From: Tepidisphaera sp.
GTDB taxonomy: Bacteria > Planctomycetota > Phycisphaerae > Phycisphaerales > UBA1924
NCBI GenBank assembly: GCA_050916045.1
Contig: CP051526.1
Location: 960,001 to 1,024,000, forward strand
DNA length: 64,000 nucleotides
Direction of reading: 5' to 3'
Position numbers and translations under genes: made by a program
The notes under the pieces: generated by a model
Seen by the model: the letters and a program-made list of their open reading frames with translations, nothing else
The model's database searches: none
Told to the model about the DNA's origin: nothing
Part shown: piece by piece, positions 9,488 through 18,980 of the stretch
Layout of the letters: each line of letters opens with the position of its first letter
How positions within the stretch are numbered: position 1 is the stretch's first letter

Positions 9488-9918
9488 AGAATTGGAAGAG
9501 GAACGGTGCGGGTCGGGCGTTCACGATCATCGAGGTGATCGTCATCATCGTGATCATCGGCGTGATCGCGGCGGTCGTGGCTCCGCGTCTGATCAGCCGC
9601 ATCGGCCAGAGCAAGACGGCGATGGCGAAGAGCAACGCGGCGGCGCTGGCTTCGGCGATGAACACGTACATGGCCGACTGCGGGACGCCGCCGCAGGGGT
9701 CGACGATCGAGATCCTGATGGACCGTCCGAGCGACGTGACCGAGGACAAGTGGAAGGGTCCGTACGTCCAGAACCGCGACATGCTGCTTGACCCTTGGGG
9801 AAAGAAGTTCGAGCTTCGCGTGCCGGGCGAGAAGAACGTCGACTTTGACATCGTCAGTTTCGGGCTGGACGGTCAGCCAGGCGGCGAGGGCGAGAACGCG
9901 GACACCGTCGCTCCGTAA
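9484..9918 (+). CDS. gspG: Major pseudopilin GspG
   Basis: Class III leader RA|FTIIEVIVIIVIIG; KWKGPY..DPWG..SFGLDGQPGGEGENAD signature; ATG overlaps the gspF stop. Confidence 0.93.
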   Translation: MKNWKRNGAGRAFTIIEVIVIIVIIGVIAAVVAPRLISRIGQSKTAMAKSNAAALASAMNTYMADCGTPPQGSTIEILMDRPSDVTEDKWKGPYVQNRDMLLDPWGKKFELRVPGEKNVDFDIVSFGLDGQPGGEGENADTVAP

Positions 9919-9948
9919 GCACGGGAAGGACACGAGGAAAGCGAGCGC

Positions 9949-10542
9949 ATGCGTCGGACACGGCTCCAACCCGGTCGGGCTTTCACGATGATCGAGCTGA
10001 TCGTCGTGGTGGTCATTCTCGGCGTGATGGCCGCGGCGATCGTGCCGCGCATGTTCGGGAATGAGCGTCGGGCCGCCGAGAACGAGATCAGGCAGGTCAC
10101 GTCGTTCCTGAGCACGGTCGCGAGCAGGTCGGCGCTGTCGTCGCAGAGTCTGGGCATCCGGTACAGCGCGGCCGACGGGCGGATGGAGCTTTACTCCCTC
10201 CGCGCTCGCGGCAACGCCGGGGATTTCGCCGCCGCGCGGGACTTTCTGCCCGATCCGGTGACGTTGCCGGTCAGGCTGAACCACGTCAAGCTGAGCGCGG
10301 CCACGGTGGGCGGCCTGCCCGTCGACCAGTTGCAGCTTTGGGTGGAGTTTGCGGCCGGGGCCCCGCGTCCGTCGGTCGTCATGGTTTTCGAGTTCGACAA
10401 GCGGGCCGCGTGGCACGTGGAACTGTCCGGCGACGAGTCGCAAGCGGTGTACGCCGCGACGGAGCTTACTGACAACGCGACGCCGAGGTATTCCCGCACC
10501 GACGACCTGGACAAGAAGGGAGCGAGCCAGACACCATGGTGA
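9949..10542 (+). CDS. gspH: Minor pseudopilin GspH
   Basis: Leader RA|FTMIELIVVVVILG; position after gspG. Confidence 0.75.
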   Translation: MRRTRLQPGRAFTMIELIVVVVILGVMAAAIVPRMFGNERRAAENEIRQVTSFLSTVASRSALSSQSLGIRYSAADGRMELYSLRARGNAGDFAAARDFLPDPVTLPVRLNHVKLSAATVGGLPVDQLQLWVEFAAGAPRPSVVMVFEFDKRAAWHVELSGDESQAVYAATELTDNATPRYSRTDDLDKKGASQTPW

Positions 10543-10988
10543 AGCTCCGCCCCCATCGCCGCTTTGCGAGCGGGATCGCGCTGGTCGACATCGTCGTCGG
10601 CGTGGTTCTGCTGGGGATCGTCGTTGTGACGCTTCTGAATCTGCTTTCCCGCGCGGTGACGGCACAGTCGATGGGCGAGCAGATGCAGACGGCCGCGATG
10701 CTCATCGACGAGCAGTTGAACCTTGTGCTCGCTCGCGGACCGGACAATTACGCGGCGCGTTTCGGCACCGAGGGCGTCTGCGAAGCTCCGTTTGAGACCT
10801 ACCGGTATCGACTGACGTTCTCCGGCGGGACGGGCGGCGAACCGTACCTCGTGCGTGCGACGGTGGCGTGGGACGCGGGCGGGGTTGAGCGGTCCGAGTC
10901 CGTGGAGACGCTGATCGCTCCCCGCGTGGGTGAGGACACGGATCCCATTCGCCAACCCGATCAGGTGACGGAAAGGGAGGTGCAGTGA
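10536..10988 (+). CDS. gspI: Minor pseudopilin GspI-like
   Basis: Pilin-like leader SG|IALVDIVVGVVLLG (Asp at +5); 150 aa; operon position. Confidence 0.65.
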   Translation: MVKLRPHRRFASGIALVDIVVGVVLLGIVVVTLLNLLSRAVTAQSMGEQMQTAAMLIDEQLNLVLARGPDNYAARFGTEGVCEAPFETYRYRLTFSGGTGGEPYLVRATVAWDAGGVERSESVETLIAPRVGEDTDPIRQPDQVTEREVQ

Positions 10989-11743
10989 TGCGACCTCTTT
11001 CGCGTACCTTGCGGCGGCGGGTCGGCGGGTTCACGCTCGTCGAGCTCATCGTGGCGGTGGTGGTGGGCACCGTGGTGGCGGGGGCCACGACGACCGCGAT
11101 CTCGACGCTTGTGCGCGGGAAGAATCGCGCGACGGCGAGGCACGAAGCCTTCCGCCGGGCCGAGACGGCCGTCAGTCGGATCGCCGTGGATCTTCACTCG
11201 GTGATCCGCGATCGTGACTTGGCCGCGTGCCGGGTTTTGGTGACCGATTCGGGCACTTCGGGCGGCGTCGAGTCCGACGGTCTGCTGCTTTTCACGCGAT
11301 CGCTGGTTTCGGTCCGCGGGTCCGAGGGCGTGCCCGAGGGCGCGGACCGGGAAGTTCAGTACAAGCTGCTTTCCGGCGAGGCGGGCGTGGCTTCTTTGTG
11401 GCGGCGTGTGCAGCCGGGCGTGGACGATTACTCCGACGCGGGGGGTGTGGCTTCGCCGGTGGTGGACGGCGTGGTGAGTCTTTCGATCCGGGCGACGGAC
11501 AACGCGGCGTGGTTTGACAGCTGGGATTCGGATTCAAGCGGGTTCCCGCACGCGGTTTCCGTCACGGCGGTCGGCGTGTCGGACGATGGCACCGTTCGTG
11601 CGGTGGCCCGCCGCGTCATCGCGATGGATCGCACGCCGATTCCGCCGGCTTCGGACTCGACGACGGATTCGACAGGGACGACTGGTACGACCGGAACGAC
11701 GGGCACGACCGGGACCACCGGGACCACGGGAGGTGGGCGATGA
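10985..11743 (+). CDS. gspJ: Minor pseudopilin GspJ
   Basis: GG|FTLVELIV leader; W.DSWDS....PHAV C-terminal GspJ-type motif; (TTG)n tail. Confidence 0.8.
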   Translation: MMRPLSRTLRRRVGGFTLVELIVAVVVGTVVAGATTTAISTLVRGKNRATARHEAFRRAETAVSRIAVDLHSVIRDRDLAACRVLVTDSGTSGGVESDGLLLFTRSLVSVRGSEGVPEGADREVQYKLLSGEAGVASLWRRVQPGVDDYSDAGGVASPVVDGVVSLSIRATDNAAWFDSWDSDSSGFPHAVSVTAVGVSDDGTVRAVARRVIAMDRTPIPPASDSTTDSTGTTGTTGTTGTTGTTGTTGGGR

Positions 11744-13056
11744 AGGCTCCATCTCGTCGTCGGCCGCGTGGATTCGCGGTTCTTCTGGTGCTTTGGGTCG
11801 CTGCGATCTCGGGCGTGCTGATCTCGGCGGCGCTGGGCCACGCGTATGCGCAAGCGGTCGCCGGTCGTGAAGCGGTGGCGCGGGTGCGGGCGCACTGGGC
11901 GGCCCGTGCAGGGCTTGAGGTTGCGATCTGCCGGGCGGAGTTTGACGCGCAGAATCCGGACACGTCCAACGCGTACGCGTTCTTTGACGACATGGCGGCT
12001 TCGGGCGACGGTCAGGTGTCGGATGCGGCGTTCCGGCTGGCGTATTCGGATCCGCGCGGCACGAAGATCGGCGTGCAGGATGCGCACCTCAAGCTCAACA
12101 TCAATCTGCTCAACGCGGCTCAACTCGCGACTCTTCCCGACATGGCCGAGGATGGTCCGGACTCGATTCTGGACTGGATCGATAGCGATGACGACACGAA
12201 GCCCCTGGGCGCCGAGCGGAGCTATTACGAAGCTCAGAAGTATCCGATCACGATCCGCAACGGCAACTTCCGTTCGATCGCGGAGCTTGAGCTCGTCGTC
12301 GGGATGACCCCCGAGCTTGTTCGGGGCGAGGATTGGAACCTCAACGGCCGGCTGGACCCGAACGAGGACGATGGCGAAGCGTCGTGGCCGCCGGACAACG
12401 CCGACGGAACGCTTCAAGCGGGGTTGTCGGCGATTCTGACGGCGTCGAGCGTCGACGGCGGCTTGGCGGCTTCGGGCCAGGCGCGGCTTGACCTGACGAC
12501 GGCGTCTGCGGCGCAGGTGATCGAGCGAACGGGCGTGGAGCCGGCCCAAGCGGCGGCGGTCGTGGGGTATGGCGCGAGCAGCGGGGCGACGATGACCGAG
12601 TTCATCCGCCGCAACCTCGGCCAGCTCGCTCAGACCGCGGGGATTCCCAACGCCAACACCGTGCGAAACCTGGATCGTGAGCAGCTCGCCGCGGTGATCG
12701 GCGAGTGCTCGATCGGAGCTGCGTCGTCTGGGGCGCCGGGCAAGCTCAACATCAACACCTGCGAAGCGGAGACGCTTCAGTACATCCCGGAGATCACTCC
12801 GGCGTTGGCTGATGCGATCATTCTGGAGCGGTCGGGGCGTCCGGAGGGGTTCCAGTCGATCGTGGACCTTCTGGATGTGCCTTCGATGACGCGTCAGCGG
12901 CTCTCGCGGATCGCGGGTATCTTGGACACGCGTTCGAACGCGTTCATCGTCTCCTCGCGGGGACGCGACGCGAAAACTGGCATCGAGGTTGAAATCGTGG
13001 CGACGGTCGATCGTTCGACCCTCCCGGCCACCATCACGGAGATCCGGATTCAATGA
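11740..13056 (+). CDS. gspK: Minor pseudopilin GspK
   Basis: RG|FAVLLVLW leader (no E5); KLNIN twice; ILDWIDSDDD, GAE..YY, F.SI.EL..V.GMT; helix-hairpin-helix. Confidence 0.9.
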   Translation: MKAPSRRRPRGFAVLLVLWVAAISGVLISAALGHAYAQAVAGREAVARVRAHWAARAGLEVAICRAEFDAQNPDTSNAYAFFDDMAASGDGQVSDAAFRLAYSDPRGTKIGVQDAHLKLNINLLNAAQLATLPDMAEDGPDSILDWIDSDDDTKPLGAERSYYEAQKYPITIRNGNFRSIAELELVVGMTPELVRGEDWNLNGRLDPNEDDGEASWPPDNADGTLQAGLSAILTASSVDGGLAASGQARLDLTTASAAQVIERTGVEPAQAAAVVGYGASSGATMTEFIRRNLGQLAQTAGIPNANTVRNLDREQLAAVIGECSIGAASSGAPGKLNINTCEAETLQYIPEITPALADAIILERSGRPEGFQSIVDLLDVPSMTRQRLSRIAGILDTRSNAFIVSSRGRDAKTGIEVEIVATVDRSTLPATITEIRIQ

Positions 13057-14810
13057 CACCAGCCCCGGTGACAACACGGAAGAAGAAATCAGGCACGCTC
13101 GCGGCGCTGGATCGTCGCGGCGGCGCCTGGCGGCTGGTCATCGACCGGCGGGCACGCGGTTCGGGGTTCGAGACGTCGACGCTGAGCGATGCCGATCTTG
13201 CGACGCTAGGCGACAAGCTTGCCAAAGCCGGTGTGACGCGTCTGATCCGCGTCGCGCCCGCGTGCGAGTGCCTGGCCAAGATCGACGCGACCCCGGACGC
13301 CGCGGGGGACGAGCTTGTCGCCGCTCTGAGCCTCCTTGGTGAAGCCGGGCTTCCCGAGGACGTGCCGTCGCACCGCCGCGCTGCGGGCTTTGTCGGTACT
13401 CCCGCGCGGGTGCTGGTCACCGGCTGGATGCGTCGGGAAGCCGTGTCGCCCCGGTTGACGCTCGGCGGGATCGAGGAGTCCTGGATCACCGAGCCCGCCG
13501 CGGTGCTCGCCATCGCCAACGGGGAGGGGTTCGAGCTTGTGTCGTGGGATCGCGAGCTTGGCTCGATCCTCGCGGTCAAGACCGTGGGAGAGAAGCCGTT
13601 GGTGCGGTGCGTCCGCGCGGACGGGACGGATGCGGACGCTTGGGCCCGCTCGCTTGCTTCGGCGGCGAGGTCCGTGGGGCTCGAAGGGACGTCCTCGTTC
13701 ACGGCTCCACGCGGCATCGCGACCGACACCGCGACCTTGGGCGCGGCGAACGTTTCGGACTCGATGGCTTCGGGAGAGTACGGGCCCGCAGTGGGGGCTC
13801 TGATCGTCGGAAGTGGTGAAGAAACAGCCGCTCCGCTCGCCATGCTTCGATCGGGAACCGACAGCGCCCGCGAGTCTTCGGTCATCCGCGCGGCCCGGTG
13901 GGTCAGCGTGCCCAGGCGTGCGGTCATCGTCGGAGCGGCGTGCCTCGCCGTCTGTGCTTTGGCCCCGATGGCGATGGCTTGGGTTCGCCTTCAGGTCGTG
14001 ACGTCGAAGCTCGACGCGGTCCAGGGGAACGGTGCGAAGGAATCACGCGAGCGGCTGACCAAGGACGCCGCGATGTACCGCCAGCTCGAGCAGTCCCGCT
14101 GGCCGATGACGAAGTTGATGGCGGATGTTTCCAACGCGACGCCGGTGGGCGTCGTCATGGAAAGTCTGACGCTCGAACGCGAGGGAAGCCAGGCCGTCGT
14201 CATGAAGGGCCGCGCTGATTCTCCGGAAGTGCTCGCGCTGCTCCAGAAGAACCTCGTGCAGACGGGTGTGATGGCCGACGTCAAGCTCAGCGCCGAAGCC
14301 GACGGCTCGGGCGTCACGTTCTCGCTTCAGGCAAAGGTCATTTCGCCGCGGTCTGCTTCGCGATTGGCCGACGACTTCGGCAAGAAGACGCTTCAGGATC
14401 GGATCTATGACGGCGGGTCTACGCCTGTCGCCGGCGCGGTGCCCGCCGATGCGGCCCGGGCTGATCCGATGGCCGCGGAAGACGAGGATGAAGCGCCCGT
14501 CCGCACCTCCGACAGCGGCAGGGCCGGTACGAACGGTGGCGGCGACGGTGGATCCCGCAACGGCAACGGCGGATCGCGAGCCGGCGAATCGGCGACCGCG
14601 GGAGAGACGAACAAGGCGCTCAAGCCTGTCGATGTTCCGCCGCCTCTCACGGATGAGCAGATCGCGGCGATGGACAAGTCCACCGCCACCAAGGAATGGG
14701 CGGCGCGAAGAGCCGCGTTCCAGCGGGCGAGCACTTCGCCCGAGGATAAAGCACGATTGGAAGCCGAAGTGAAGAAACTCGAGCCGAAGTGGAAGGGGGG
14801 CGGCTCATGA
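13053..14810 (+). CDS. gspL: GspL/PilN-like bitopic assembly protein
   Basis: Cytoplasmic N-domain, one TM, coiled coil, then PilN-like domain (LMADVSNATPVGVVMESLTL...VMKGRADS); disordered C-terminus; position after gspK. Confidence 0.65.
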   Translation: MTPAPVTTRKKKSGTLAALDRRGGAWRLVIDRRARGSGFETSTLSDADLATLGDKLAKAGVTRLIRVAPACECLAKIDATPDAAGDELVAALSLLGEAGLPEDVPSHRRAAGFVGTPARVLVTGWMRREAVSPRLTLGGIEESWITEPAAVLAIANGEGFELVSWDRELGSILAVKTVGEKPLVRCVRADGTDADAWARSLASAARSVGLEGTSSFTAPRGIATDTATLGAANVSDSMASGEYGPAVGALIVGSGEETAAPLAMLRSGTDSARESSVIRAARWVSVPRRAVIVGAACLAVCALAPMAMAWVRLQVVTSKLDAVQGNGAKESRERLTKDAAMYRQLEQSRWPMTKLMADVSNATPVGVVMESLTLEREGSQAVVMKGRADSPEVLALLQKNLVQTGVMADVKLSAEADGSGVTFSLQAKVISPRSASRLADDFGKKTLQDRIYDGGSTPVAGAVPADAARADPMAAEDEDEAPVRTSDSGRAGTNGGGDGGSRNGNGGSRAGESATAGETNKALKPVDVPPPLTDEQIAAMDKSTATKEWAARRAAFQRASTSPEDKARLEAEVKKLEPKWKGGGS

Positions 14811-15439
14811 GCGTCGTGGACCAATATCGCGAGCTTCCCCGCGCCGGGAAGTGGGGCGTGTGGGCTCTGGCGGGCCTGGCTTTCTATTTCCTCGTCGTTG
14901 AGGTCGCGGTGGAGCGTTGGTCCACCTGGACCACGCAGGCCGCCGTGAAGGAGGCTCAGCTCCGCGAATGGAGCGGGTCGTCGGAAGCTCGCAAAGCGGA
15001 CGAGTCCACCGTGATGAACGGCACGCGACTCTTTGGCCAGGTGGCTTTCCCCGGTCCCGAAGCGGAGCGTTCGCAGGCTTTGCGTTCCCGAATCGCCGAA
15101 GTGCTCAAGAAGCACGGCGTGCGTGAGTATGAGGAACGCGGCCGCGAGTTCCTGCTCGAGCGCGGGCCGCTGAACGCCGCCGTGGGGACGGGTTCGCGTG
15201 TTCGGCGCATCGTGCGGGACGTGACGTTCGAAGCCACGCCGGACACGATGACGCTCATCCTCGCCGACCTCGAGCGGGCCCCCGAGGTTTCGACCATCTC
15301 GAATGTGTCGGCTCGCAAGACGACGGCGTCGGGCAACCGAGGCGGGTCGTCGCGAAATCTGAGCATCCGGATCGCCGTGGAGACGTGGGGTCTCGCCCGC
15401 GAAGCCGCGCCCGTCCAGCCGACGGGAGGTGGAGTTTGA
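14807..15439 (+). CDS. gspM: GspM/PilO-like protein
   Basis: N-terminal TM, coiled coil, ferredoxin-like C-terminus (VTFEAT...LADLE..P..ISNVS); ATGA overlap. Confidence 0.65.
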   Translation: MSVVDQYRELPRAGKWGVWALAGLAFYFLVVEVAVERWSTWTTQAAVKEAQLREWSGSSEARKADESTVMNGTRLFGQVAFPGPEAERSQALRSRIAEVLKKHGVREYEERGREFLLERGPLNAAVGTGSRVRRIVRDVTFEATPDTMTLILADLERAPEVSTISNVSARKTTASGNRGGSSRNLSIRIAVETWGLAREAAPVQPTGGGV

Positions 15440-16224
15440 GCACGCCGCTTTCAAGTGTGATGACCCGCGCCGGCTGGGCCGCTTGTGCCGCTGCGGCGCT
15501 CGCCGCCATCGTCCTCATCAACGTTTCCGCTCCGGTCGTTTCCGCGCTCTTCGCCAGCGCCAAGGCCGCTCCCGTCAACAACGAGGAAGCCAAGCAGGCC
15601 GCGGATCGTTTCAAGGTCGCGACTGAAACCCACGTCGCTTCCATCAAGGGACGCTCGCTCTTCTTCATCCCCCCGCCCAAACCCAGACCTCGCGCCGAAC
15701 CGCCGCCCCGCGTTGCGGAGAAGCCGCCCGAACCGCCCAAGCCGACCCTCCCGACCCGTTACGGTGGGCCGTCGATCCAAGCGGTTGTGAACGGGACCGT
15801 GTGGTTCTCCGATGGCAAGAAGGTCGCGGTCGGCGAGAGCGCGGGAAGCGGCAGCAGCATGGTGACCGTCATCGCGGCCGAGACGCCGTGGGCGATCCGC
15901 GTCAAGTGGGATGGTGTCGAGTTCGACGTGCCCCTCTTTGAACGCGACGCGGTGGTCTATCCGGCGGCGAAGTCGTCCGAGACCAAAGCCGAGGCCAAGC
16001 CAGCGACGCCCGAAGCAAAGCCGGAAGCCAAACCCGAAGCCAAACCCGAGGAGAAGGCCGAACCCAAGCCTGAACTCAAGCCGGACGACAAGCCCAAACC
16101 GGCGGACTCCACCGGTACGCCCGACAAGATCGAAACAAAGACCACGACCCCTCCGAGCACTCCGACCAACGAATCCACCCCGGCCGCCGAACCGGCGAAG
16201 AAGAAGGATGAGGCCCCTCAGTGA
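15436..16224 (+). CDS. T2SS accessory bitopic protein (GspC/GspN position), Pro-rich with EAKP repeats
   Basis: TTG start overlapping the gspM stop, GGGAGG RBS; TM, Pro-rich linker, small beta domain, (EAKP)n tail; lies immediately before the secretin. Confidence 0.55.
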   Translation: MSTPLSSVMTRAGWAACAAAALAAIVLINVSAPVVSALFASAKAAPVNNEEAKQAADRFKVATETHVASIKGRSLFFIPPPKPRPRAEPPPRVAEKPPEPPKPTLPTRYGGPSIQAVVNGTVWFSDGKKVAVGESAGSGSSMVTVIAAETPWAIRVKWDGVEFDVPLFERDAVVYPAAKSSETKAEAKPATPEAKPEAKPEAKPEEKAEPKPELKPDDKPKPADSTGTPDKIETKTTTPPSTPTNESTPAAEPAKKKDEAPQ

Positions 16225-18980
16225 AGCACTCCAAGAACCGTCAGAACCTCGCCGGATTCACGTCGGGCCCCGCGATTCTCCTCCTCGTTGCGGGTCTGGC
16301 GATGCCGGCGCTCGCTCAGCCCGCCGAGACCAAGCCGGCTGATCCCAAGCCCGCCGATGCCGCTCCGGCATCCAGCCCCACGCCGGCACCTGCCCCCGCT
16401 TCCGCCCCCGCTTCCGCGCCCGCGACTGCGCCCGCGCAACCCGCGACGACGCCCGCTGCTGCGCCGGCGACCCAGCCGGCCACCGCGCCCGCCGCCGGCG
16501 GGGCCAAGCCCGAAGAAGCCAAGCCCGGAACGAAGGTTGAGAAGCAGCCCATCCCGCGCACCGGACCCAACAACCGCCGCGGACTCAGCGGCACGCCCAC
16601 CGTCCTCGCGTTCAAGGGCGTCAAGGTCGAAGCCGTCATCCCCTTCATCGTGGAAGCGACCGGAAAGGTCGTCCTCCCGCAGGCCGACGTCATGGGCCGC
16701 ACCATCACGGTTCTCAACGATGAGCCGATCGCGCGTGATCGGGCCCTCGACCTTGTCTTCCTCGCGTTGCAGCAGGCGGGCGTCGCGGTCGTGGAGACCG
16801 AGGATCTGATCACCCTCCGCGACATCAACGACCTGCCCAAGCAGGACGTCCCTGTGCTCGGCCCGGATGAATCGACGCTCACCCGCACCGATCTGGGCAA
16901 CGTCGCGGAGAAGGTCTTCTCCCTGCGGTACGCTTCCGCGGAGAACCTCGGCACCATCATCAAGGAGTCGATTCCGGACTTCGCCAAGCTCAACGTCGAC
17001 AAGGTGTCGAACCAGATCGTCGTCATGGGCAACCTGCGCCTCCTGCAGCGCATCGAGCGCCTTGTGCAGTCGCTTGACCGCCCCAGCGCCGCCGCGCTGC
17101 AGACGGAGACGTTCCGTCTGCGGTACGCCGATGCCGATCAGGTCGCCACGCTGATCCGCGAGCTCTTTGCGGCGGACACGCGTGCGACCGGCGGCAATCA
17201 GAATCAGAACAACCCCTTCGCTCAGATCTTCGGCGGCGGCGGCCGCGGCGGAAACCAGGGCGGCGGGAACCAGCCGGGCGGCGGAAACCAGGGCGGGAAT
17301 CGCGGCGGGCAGACCGGAGGCGCGGACCCCAACGCCGTGCTCTCGAGCACGCTCCGTGTCTCCGCGAACAAGCAGCAGAACTCCGTGACCGTCGTCTCGG
17401 AGAAGCAGGTCATCGATCAGGTCCGCGAGCAGATCAACGACTATTGGGACAAACCGCTTTCCGAAGACCAGGTCGTGCCGAAGGTCTTTGACCTGCAGTA
17501 TTCCGACGCGATCAAGGTGCGTGACATCCTCGAAGCTTCCTTCGGCAAGGGAACGACCACGACCAGCGGGGGCGGAGGCAACTTCGGCGGTGGCGGCAAC
17601 TCAACCACCACCCCCGGCACGGGCCGCCTCGCCGGGCAGTTCTCCTTCCAGGCGATTCCCGAAGCCAACCGGCTCCTCGTCTTCGCGAAGAGCCCGGACA
17701 ACATGGACTACATCGAGCGGGTCATCCTCGACCTCGACAAGCCGCAGACCGCCGGCCTCCCGCAGATCGTCGAGCTCAAGCACGCTTCCGCCGAGGAGCT
17801 CGCCGAGCAGCTCAACACCCTCCTTGCACAGGACGGCACGCTCGCGAGCATCCGCCGGGCCGAAACCGGCCTCTCGGACAGCACAACCGGCCAGAGCCCG
17901 TTCGCGAGCTCGACCACCGATACCGCCACCAACAACGCGGCCACCGACACCGGAACCTCGTCCGAGTCGATCTCGTTCTGGTGGCAGCGTTCTCGGCCGC
18001 CGACCGACCGTCGCAATTCGTCCAACCTGATCGGCACCATCCGCATCGTCCCCGTCTGGCGACAGAACGCTCTCATGGTTCTCAGCCCGCCCGAGTATCG
18101 CTCGGCCGTGCTTGACATGGTGCAGTTGCTCGACCGGCCGGGGCGTCAGGTGCTGATTTCCGCGGTGATCTGTGAGGTCTCCGGCGAGGATGCGACCGCC
18201 CTGGGCCTCCGCTGGTCCAGCCAGACGCTCACGCCCGACCGCGGCGACAACTCGATCTCGATCGGGTCCGAAGCCGAGGGGACCAAAAACGACCTCCTCC
18301 CCGGCCTCTTCGACACGTCGACGCTCAACTCCAACATCAACCTCAATCTGCTCCTCCAGGCGCTGAACGAGAAGACCAAGGTCAACATCCTCTCCGAGCC
18401 CAAGATCTTCACCAGCGACAACCAGGAAGCCTCGTTCTTCGACGGCAAGGACATCCCCTTCATCAACGACCAGACCGTCAACCAGGTCGGCCAGACCACC
18501 GCCTCGTTCGACTACAAAGCCGTCGGCATCCAGCTCAAAGCCCGCCCCCGCATCACCGTCACCGGTGACATCGACCTTCAGGTCAACCTTCAGCTCGCGT
18601 CGATCTCGCCCGGCGAGGTCGTCCAGGGCGCCCTCGTCGTCGACCGCCGCGAGACCACGACCCACCTCATCCTCAAGGGAGGCCAGACCGTCGTGATCTC
18701 GGGCATCCTCCGCAAGGAAGAGCAGGACATCGTGCGGAAAATCCCCCTGCTCGGCGACATCCCGTTCCTGGGAGAACTCTTCAAGAGTCGCGAGAAGACG
18801 ATCACGGACAAGGAACTGCTCGTCTTCGTCACGCCCGTCGTCGTCGACAACACCGAGCAGCTTCCCAAAGCCAACGAACGCTACATCGACCGCCTCGAGG
18901 AGCTCCGAAGCCGCCTCCGCGAGAAGGAAGTTGACACCACGCCAGACTCCGCGGGCAAGCCCGTGGAGGCCGGCGGATGA
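16221..18980 (+). CDS. gspD: Type II secretion secretin GspD
   Basis: Signal peptide; repeated N-domains (LRYASA, LRYADA, LQYSDA, LKHASA); secretin core QVLISAVICEV, LSEPKIFTSDNQEA, VGIQL..RPRI, GQTVVISG, KIPLLGDIPFLGELFK, ELLVFVTP. Confidence 0.93.
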   Translation: MKHSKNRQNLAGFTSGPAILLLVAGLAMPALAQPAETKPADPKPADAAPASSPTPAPAPASAPASAPATAPAQPATTPAAAPATQPATAPAAGGAKPEEAKPGTKVEKQPIPRTGPNNRRGLSGTPTVLAFKGVKVEAVIPFIVEATGKVVLPQADVMGRTITVLNDEPIARDRALDLVFLALQQAGVAVVETEDLITLRDINDLPKQDVPVLGPDESTLTRTDLGNVAEKVFSLRYASAENLGTIIKESIPDFAKLNVDKVSNQIVVMGNLRLLQRIERLVQSLDRPSAAALQTETFRLRYADADQVATLIRELFAADTRATGGNQNQNNPFAQIFGGGGRGGNQGGGNQPGGGNQGGNRGGQTGGADPNAVLSSTLRVSANKQQNSVTVVSEKQVIDQVREQINDYWDKPLSEDQVVPKVFDLQYSDAIKVRDILEASFGKGTTTTSGGGGNFGGGGNSTTTPGTGRLAGQFSFQAIPEANRLLVFAKSPDNMDYIERVILDLDKPQTAGLPQIVELKHASAEELAEQLNTLLAQDGTLASIRRAETGLSDSTTGQSPFASSTTDTATNNAATDTGTSSESISFWWQRSRPPTDRRNSSNLIGTIRIVPVWRQNALMVLSPPEYRSAVLDMVQLLDRPGRQVLISAVICEVSGEDATALGLRWSSQTLTPDRGDNSISIGSEAEGTKNDLLPGLFDTSTLNSNINLNLLLQALNEKTKVNILSEPKIFTSDNQEASFFDGKDIPFINDQTVNQVGQTTASFDYKAVGIQLKARPRITVTGDIDLQVNLQLASISPGEVVQGALVVDRRETTTHLILKGGQTVVISGILRKEEQDIVRKIPLLGDIPFLGELFKSREKTITDKELLVFVTPVVVDNTEQLPKANERYIDRLEELRSRLREKEVDTTPDSAGKPVEAGG

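Noticed and set aside
11670..11733. 9-bp ACx-ACx-GGx repeats in gspJ and EAKP repeats at about 15990-16080 as phase-variation loci
   Set aside because: In-frame, synonymously diverged low-complexity tails; slippage would not shift the frame.
6662..18980. Type IV pilus rather than T2SS
   Set aside because: GspG and GspK signatures and a four-N-domain GspD are present, and there is no PilT retraction ATPase.
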